64,000 nucleotides of DNA from Candidatus Doudnabacteria bacterium (GTDB lineage: Bacteria > Patescibacteriota > Doudnabacteria > UBA920 > 2-01-FULL-46-14). The notes below the pieces were generated by a model. It was not told where the DNA came from. It ran no database searches and was given only the letters and a program-made list of their open reading frames with translations. Positions 58,745 through 64,000 of the stretch are shown piece after piece. The position numbers and the translations under genes were made by a program. Location: NCBI GenBank assembly GCA_041497195.1, contig JBGQGB010000001.1, positions 279,376 through 343,375 on the forward strand, given 5' to 3'. Position 1 is the stretch's first letter. Every line of letters begins with the position of its first letter.

Positions 58745-60579
58745 TTCTTCTCCTCAAACTGGGCGTCCTCTGGCTTTTCGTCCGACTTTTTCTCCTGCTT
58801 GCCCTGATCGGCGGCCTTGCCCGTCTGGGCCTGATTCTGATACATAGCAGCTCCCACCTTTTGAATTTCCTGACTGATAGCGTCCATCTGCTTTTTGATA
58901 ACATCGACATCGCTCCCGTCTTTGGCCTTTTTTAGTTCGGCCACTTTGCCTTCCAAACCAGTCTTGGTGGCAGCGTCGACTTTGTCGCCAGCATCCTTCA
59001 GGGTCTTTTCCACCACGTGAATGAGCTGATCAGCTTGGTTTCTCGCTTCAATCAGTTCCCGGCGCTTCCGGTCTTCCACGGCATGCGCCTCGGCTTCCTT
59101 GCGCATCCGTTCGATTTCCTCTTTCGAAAGATTGGAAGAACCGGAAATGGTAATGTTTTGCACTTTACTCGTGGCTTTGTCTTTGGCCGTGACTGTCAAA
59201 ATCCCATTGGCGTCAATCTCAAAGGTCACCTCGACTTGCGGCACGCCTCTGGGCGCGGACGGAATGCCGTCGAGAATAAACCGCCCCAAAGATTTATTGT
59301 CAGTCGAAAGCGGCCGCTCACCTTGCAAAATATGAATCTCGACCGAAGTCTGGTTATCCGCGGCGGTGGAAAATACCTGCGACTTTGAAGTCGGAATTGT
59401 CGTATTGCGCTCAATCAGCGGCGTGGCCACCCCGCCCATGGTCTCTATCCCCAGGGTCAAGGGAGTCACATCCAAAAGCAAAACATCCTTGACCTCACCG
59501 CCAAGCACGCCGGCTTGCACTGCCGCCCCCTTGGCCACGGCTTCCATCGGGTCCACGCCGCGTTCCACTTTTTTGCCCAAAAAATCCTCGACGAATTTCT
59601 GGACGATCGGCATGCGTGTGGGACCGCCGACCATCAGGACTTTGTCGATGTCTGTGGGGGAAAGCTTCGCATCCGCCAAAGCTTGCTGCACCGAGCTCCG
59701 GCAACGCTCCACGATCGGCTTGACCAATTCTTCGAGCTTGGCGCGGGTAATTTTCATGGTTAAGTGTTTCGGCCCCGACGCGTCAGCGGTAATGAACGGC
59801 AGATTTATCTCCGTTTCCAGAGTGGTAGACAGCTCAATCTTGGCTTTTTCCGCCGCTTCCTTGAGCCGGTTGAAAGCGATTTTGTCCGCACGGACATCAA
59901 TGCCGGATTGTTTTTTGAATTCGGCCGCAATGTAATCCATCAAGACACTGTCCATGTCAGTGCCTCCCAGATGAGTGTCGCCCGAAGTGGAAATGACTTC
60001 AAAAACGCCCTGACCAAAATCCATGATAGTGACATCCAAAGTGCCACCGCCAAAATCAAAAACCAAAATCTTTTGTTCGCCTTGGGCTTTATCCAAGCCG
60101 TAGGCGAGAGCGGCGGCCGTCGGCTCGTTGATAATGCGGATGACCTCCAGCCCGGCAATTTCGCCGGCGTTCTTGGTGGCTTGGCGCTGGGCGTCGTCGA
60201 AATAAGCAGGCACGGTGATGACTGCTTTTTGAATCGGCTCCCCCAGATAAGCCTCGGAGTCTTTTTTGATTTTTTGCAAGATGAATGCGGAAATTTGCTC
60301 GGGCGTATATTCTTTATCAGCTAGTTTGATTTTCTCTTTGGTGCCCATCTTCCGTTTGACCGCATAGGCCGTGCCTTCGGGATTGGTCACAGCCTGCCGA
60401 CGGGCCGGCTCACCGACCAGAAGCTCTCCGTCACGCGTGAGCGCCACGTAAGACGGAAACGCTTTGCCGCCCCCGACAGTCGTACCTTCCGCGGACGGAA
60501 TGATGACTGGCTTGCCACCTTCGAGCACCGCTGCTGCGCTATTGCTGGTTCCGAGATCAATACCAATGATTTTTGCCAT
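58741..60579 (-). CDS. dnaK: Chaperone DnaK (Hsp70)
   Basis: 612 aa; [18 protein letters not shown] motifs. Confidence 0.95.
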   Translation of the reverse strand: MAKIIGIDLGTSNSAAAVLEGGKPVIIPSAEGTTVGGGKAFPSYVALTRDGELLVGEPARRQAVTNPEGTAYAVKRKMGTKEKIKLADKEYTPEQISAFILQKIKKDSEAYLGEPIQKAVITVPAYFDDAQRQATKNAGEIAGLEVIRIINEPTAAALAYGLDKAQGEQKILVFDFGGGTLDVTIMDFGQGVFEVISTSGDTHLGGTDMDSVLMDYIAAEFKKQSGIDVRADKIAFNRLKEAAEKAKIELSTTLETEINLPFITADASGPKHLTMKITRAKLEELVKPIVERCRSSVQQALADAKLSPTDIDKVLMVGGPTRMPIVQKFVEDFLGKKVERGVDPMEAVAKGAAVQAGVLGGEVKDVLLLDVTPLTLGIETMGGVATPLIERNTTIPTSKSQVFSTAADNQTSVEIHILQGERPLSTDNKSLGRFILDGIPSAPRGVPQVEVTFEIDANGILTVTAKDKATSKVQNITISGSSNLSKEEIERMRKEAEAHAVEDRKRRELIEARNQADQLIHVVEKTLKDAGDKVDAATKTGLEGKVAELKKAKDGSDVDVIKKQMDAISQEIQKVGAAMYQNQAQTGKAADQGKQEKKSDEKPEDAQFEEKK

Positions 60580-60584
60580 ATAAG

Positions 60585-61067
60585 TTACTCCTTTCCTTTG
60601 GCCACTTTGACTTTGCTGGGCCTGATTACTTTATCATTTAATTTATAACCACTTTGGATTTCTTCAATGATGATCCCCGCTTCCTGATCCGCTTCCAGAT
60701 GCTCGACCGCTTCATGAAACCGGGGGTCGAATTTTTCTCCCACACTTTTGATTTTCTCCACTCCCATCTCCAGCAAGACTTTCTCCAGCTGCTGGACGAT
60801 CTTGACCACACCTTCGGACCACAGCTGATAGCGTTCATCTTTGGGGGAATGAAATAGAGCTTGCTCCAGGCTTTCCAGAGTTGGGAGGATCTTGACGACC
60901 GTGACTTCCTGAGCAAATTGCAAAAGCTCCTGATCCTCTTTTTCCCGGCGTTTCTTGTAATTTTCAAAGTCTGCAGCCGTGCGTTTCCAGGAATTCAAAT
61001 ACTCCTCGGCCTTGCGCTTGTATTCAGCTAATTCTGCCTCCACGGATTTGTTTTGTTCTCCGGTCAT
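60585..61067 (-). CDS. grpE: Nucleotide exchange factor GrpE
   Basis: 160 aa; coiled-coil N-term, GrpE C-terminal pattern. Confidence 0.85.
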   Translation of the reverse strand: MTGEQNKSVEAELAEYKRKAEEYLNSWKRTAADFENYKKRREKEDQELLQFAQEVTVVKILPTLESLEQALFHSPKDERYQLWSEGVVKIVQQLEKVLLEMGVEKIKSVGEKFDPRFHEAVEHLEADQEAGIIIEEIQSGYKLNDKVIRPSKVKVAKGKE

Positions 61068-61813
61068 ACCTTCAAATTATGCAAATGAACCAAAAAATAT
61101 ACCCCGAGCCCGCTGGATAACAATTTGGAAATATATTCCAAGAGACTGATATTTCTGGCGTATTTCATCCGTTTCGGCCCGACTATGCCGATCACCCCAT
61201 GCTGCCCGCCAGGTAAATTGACTTTGGTCACCACTAGGCTGAAATCCGAAGCCAACGGGATAGGAGCTTCCTTGCCAATAAAGGTTTCGACTTTCTGGAA
61301 ATCCTTTTTTATCAAAGTCTTGCTGTGAGTATCCAATTCTTCGAGAAACCGAGCCAACTCCTTGAGCTCATCCCGTTGCACGTCTTGTTCCATGACTTTA
61401 GCCAGGCCACTGGTAGAAACGCTCTCCGGCAAAAGGGCAAAAGCCGCGCCCTGGGCTTGGTCTGACAAAAGTTTGCTGATACTGTGCCCCAGCTCCAGGT
61501 ACTGACCTTTGAGACGAACCAATTCTTGACGCAACCGCTGCTGTTCGAGGGTGCTCAACTCCAAATGGCGCATGAGCTTGTTCACAAAATACCGATAGCC
61601 CTGGTCAGTCGGCACGCGGCCGGCCGAGGTGTGCGGCTGGGTAATAAATCCGACTTTTTCCAAAGCTTTCATTTCATTGCGTACTGTCGCTGAACTGACA
61701 TCCAGGCGGTATTTTTCCGCCAGGTCTTCTGACCCGACTGGCTCGCCTTTTTGACTGTATTCTTTGACAATGGCGGCCAAAATTTGCCCTTGTCTGCTGG
61801 TAATTTTTTCCAT
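61064..61813 (-). CDS. hrcA: Heat-inducible transcription repressor HrcA (short form)
   Basis: 249 aa; N-terminal winged-helix RQGQILAAIVKEYSQKGEPVGSEDLAEK...; shorter than typical ~340 aa. Confidence 0.8.
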   Translation of the reverse strand: MEKITSRQGQILAAIVKEYSQKGEPVGSEDLAEKYRLDVSSATVRNEMKALEKVGFITQPHTSAGRVPTDQGYRYFVNKLMRHLELSTLEQQRLRQELVRLKGQYLELGHSISKLLSDQAQGAAFALLPESVSTSGLAKVMEQDVQRDELKELARFLEELDTHSKTLIKKDFQKVETFIGKEAPIPLASDFSLVVTKVNLPGGQHGVIGIVGPKRMKYARNISLLEYISKLLSSGLGVYFLVHLHNLKV

Positions 61814-61833
61814 ATCTATCCCTAATTATACTT

Positions 61834-61860
61834 TTAGCACTCAAGTGTGTCAAGTGCTAA
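61834..61860. promoter_or_regulatory. CIRCE operator upstream of hrcA-grpE-dnaK-dnaJ
   Basis: TTAGCACTC-aagtgtgtc-AAGTGCTAA (consensus TTAGCACTC-N9-GAGTGCTAA). Confidence 0.85.
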
Positions 61861-61936
61861 AAATCCCGTTTACAAACGGCTCGGACTTTGCTACAATCGG
61901 TTGTCAGACATGTTGCGCCATAAGGAGGAACATCAT

Positions 61937-62191
61937 ATGTTCAAGTGGCTAGTTGGAGCTGGGACGTTGACTCTGGGTCTGGTGCTCACAGCATGCTGGC
62001 TCCAAATTCGTATCAACCAGCTGAACCGCAAGGTGGGACAAAGCCTCACTGGGGCTGATCCAGCACTAACTGAACGCAGCCTTTCTCTCGAGAAAAAACG
62101 CCGATTTTCTTTCTGGTTAGCTCTGGGCGTTGCGGCTATTACCGCAATTGTGTTTGTGGTGATGACTCTGCACGATCAGCATTTCTTTTGA
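61937..62191 (+). CDS. Small 2-TM membrane protein (paralog A)
   Basis: 84 aa; ATAAGGAGGAACATCAT-ATG; TM1-charged linker-TM2; followed by hairpin terminator (aggcagc...gctgcct + T7). Confidence 0.5.
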   Translation: MFKWLVGAGTLTLGLVLTACWLQIRINQLNRKVGQSLTGADPALTERSLSLEKKRRFSFWLALGVAAITAIVFVVMTLHDQHFF

Positions 62192-62281
62192 ATTCTGTTC
62201 GGACAACGGCCAATCGGGCACGAAAAGGCAGCTTCCCGCATTCAAGGAGGCTGCCTAATTTTTTTATCTAGGCTCCTAGGC

Positions 62282-62343
62282 TCTACAAAATCTTTTTCAA
62301 ATACTGACCAGTATAGGACTTTTTGACCGATGTCATTTCCTCC
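62282..62343 (-). pseudogene. Duplicated 3'-end fragment of uvrA (pseudo-C-terminus)
   Basis: ~60 nt ~75% identical to uvrA 3' end at 62746-62806; translates [19 protein letters not shown] vs uvrA ...[19 protein letters not shown]. Confidence 0.6.
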
Positions 62344-62419
62344 CATCTACATGATAATTGACTTTGCCCCGGAGTTATGATATCTTTATTCTCGAACTAA
62401 ATAAGGAGGAACACATACC

Positions 62420-62668
62420 ATGTTGAATCTATTTCAGCTTCGGTATCTGCTGGTAGATCTGGGGGCTCCATTGCTGGCCATAGCTGTCGTACTATTTATT
62501 ATTGCACAACGTGTTCACAAAGAGCTCTACAAACCGGCTCTCACTCGCGACCAACTTGGCCAGAACTTGAAGCGTTATCAATCCTACGTTCGTGCGTCGC
62601 TGCTTTTCTTCCTGGCTGGCGCATTCTGCCTAACTGTGGAGTTCGCCCTTCTTAAAGGATTGAGGTAG
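62420..62668 (+). CDS. Small 2-TM membrane protein (paralog B)
   Basis: 82 aa; AATAAGGAGGAACACATACC-ATG (13-nt SD-region identity with paralog A); TTGACT/TATGAT-like promoter upstream. Confidence 0.5.
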   Translation: MLNLFQLRYLLVDLGAPLLAIAVVLFIIAQRVHKELYKPALTRDQLGQNLKRYQSYVRASLLFFLAGAFCLTVEFALLKGLR

Positions 62669-62745
62669 ACTCCTTCAGCACCGCCTAAGATGCAAACCAC
62701 CGCGTTCCCAGAATAGGATCGCGGTGGTCATTTTTTTTCGAAATG

Positions 62746-64000
62746 TTATAAAATCTTTTTCAAGTACTGACCAGTATAAGATTGTTTCACGCGGGCGACT
62801 TCCTCGGGCGTGCCCTGAGCGAGCAGTTTGCCCCCTTTGTCCCCGCCTTCCGGCCCGAGATCAATAATCCAGTCCGCATATTTGATCACGTGCAAATTGT
62901 GCTCGATCACCACTACGGTATTGCCTTTATCAACAAGCTTGGTGAGCACGTCGAGTAATCGCTTCACGTCATCAAAATGCAAACCAGTAGTCGGCTCGTC
63001 CAGAATATAAAGCGTCTTGCCGGTTTGGGTGCGCGACAGTTCAGTGGCGAGTTTGATCCGCTGCGCCTCCCCCCCGGACAGGGTCGTGGCAGACTGGCCC
63101 AAGTGCATATAGCCCAGACCGACCAGGGACAACACCTCGAGTTTGCGAAAAATCACCGGCACGTTGCGGAAAAATATTCGCGCTTCGTCCACGGTCATCT
63201 CCAGAACATCGGCAATGGTTTTGCCTTTGTAATGGATGTCGAGGGCTTCTTTATTGTAACGCTTGCCTTTGCATTCTTCGCAGACCACATAAACATCGGG
63301 TAAAAAATGCATTTCGATTTGGATCACGCCATCCCCGGAACAGACCTCGCACCGCCCGCCTTTGACGTTGAAGGAAAACCGACCCGACTGGTAGCCGCGA
63401 ATCTTGGCTTCCTGCGTGGAGGCAAACAAATCCCGAATGTAAGTAAACACGCCCGTATAAGTGGCCGGGTTAGACCGGGGCGTCCGGCCGATAGGGCTCT
63501 GGTCGATATTGATGACTTTATCGATGTTATCCAGTCCCAAAATTTTCTTGTGCTCGCCGGGTGAATCTTTGGCATTATAAAAGTACGAGGACAGGGCTTT
63601 GGCCAAAATATCATTGAGCAAAGTCGATTTGCCCGAGCCCGACACGCCGGTTAGGCAAATAAACTTGCCCAAAGGAATTTCCACGTCCACATTCTGCAAA
63701 TTGTGCTCAGCAGCCCCAATAATGCTCAATTTGCGGCCGTTTCCCGGCCGCCGTCGCAGCGGCACAGGAATCGTCTCCAATCCTGCCAGATAACGGCCAG
63801 TCAGGGAAGTGTGGTTTTTTTTGAGATCAGCCGGCGTCCCAGCTGCCACCACCTCGCCTCCGTGTTTACCCGCCCCCGGACCAATATCCACGACCCAATC
63901 AGCCGCCAAAATGGTTTCCTCGTCATGTTCCACCACAATCACGGTATTGCCCAGATCCCGCAGACTCTTGAGAGTCTCCAAAAGTCTGGCGTTGTCGCGC
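62746..64000 (-). CDS. uvrA: Excinuclease ABC subunit A, C-terminal portion (continues beyond window end)
   Basis: ABC ATPase motifs ([34 protein letters not shown]), C4 zinc finger; ORF-track Met at 63981 is internal to a ~940-aa protein. Confidence 0.9.
   Translation of the reverse strand, partial: RDNARLLETLKSLRDLGNTVIVVEHDEETILAADWVVDIGPGAGKHGGEVVAAGTPADLKKNHTSLTGRYLAGLETIPVPLRRRPGNGRKLSIIGAAEHNLQNVDVEIPLGKFICLTGVSGSGKSTLLNDILAKALSSYFYNAKDSPGEHKKILGLDNIDKVINIDQSPIGRTPRSNPATYTGVFTYIRDLFASTQEAKIRGYQSGRFSFNVKGGRCEVCSGDGVIQIEMHFLPDVYVVCEECKGKRYNKEALDIHYKGKTIADVLEMTVDEARIFFRNVPVIFRKLEVLSLVGLGYMHLGQSATTLSGGEAQRIKLATELSRTQTGKTLYILDEPTTGLHFDDVKRLLDVLTKLVDKGNTVVVIEHNLHVIKYADWIIDLGPEGGDKGGKLLAQGTPEEVARVKQSYTGQYLKKIL

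Noticed and set aside
1-64000. CRISPR arrays, rRNA genes, intact IS/transposase genes
   Set aside because: No regularly spaced direct repeats, no rRNA-like conserved blocks, and no transposase/integrase-length ORFs with recognisable motifs were seen.

Overview
This 64 kb window looks like a small-genome bacterium (Candidate Phyla Radiation/Patescibacteria-like, inferred from gene content and tight operons; moderate GC). Most genes sit on the minus strand and are compact. Left to right: a glycan-biosynthesis operon (partial GT39/ArnT-like membrane glycosyltransferase, GT4, epimerase, two tandem short UDP-sugar dehydrogenase-like paralogs, second GT4, TPR protein) next to a 1297-aa Thr/Ser-rich surface protein with a (TP)n linker. 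Then tRNA-Gly, an alkyltransferase-like protein with Trp replacing the reactive Cys, membrane proteins, tRNA-Pro, hup, nusB, rpmF. A GC-rich island follows that I interpret as RNase P RNA carrying a large expansion, plus stem-loop-rich spacers. Then metK, groESL, a Pol-beta-type nucleotidyltransferase pair, mutM, a small rel/spoT-type gene, and a second GC-rich island holding two small genes that share a duplicated ~90-nt leader. Then ndk, ppi, a ComEC split into two ORFs, hisS, an odd Cys-rich enzyme/YerC/carbamoyltransferase trio, and a coherent B12-dependent RNR module (nrdR, nrdJ, HAD, btuR-like adenosyltransferase, DUF4430, membrane protein) with tandem NrdR boxes. Then ftsZ, ftsA, rpsU, a divergent HisRS-like paralog, lepB, tRNA-Val, LCP, pth, dprA, capA, a putative attenuator in front of a membrane/CofE-like pair, topA, purF. 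A third GC-rich segment carries SD-preceded, translationally coupled small ORFs beside a serine-recombinase C-terminal remnant abutting tRNA-Lys. The window ends with the CIRCE/hrcA-grpE-dnaK-(metzincin)-dnaJ operon, two paralogous 2-TM mini-proteins flanked by a duplicated uvrA 3' end, and partial uvrA. No CRISPR array, rRNA or intact transposase was seen. All homology calls are from motif recognition by eye, not searches.
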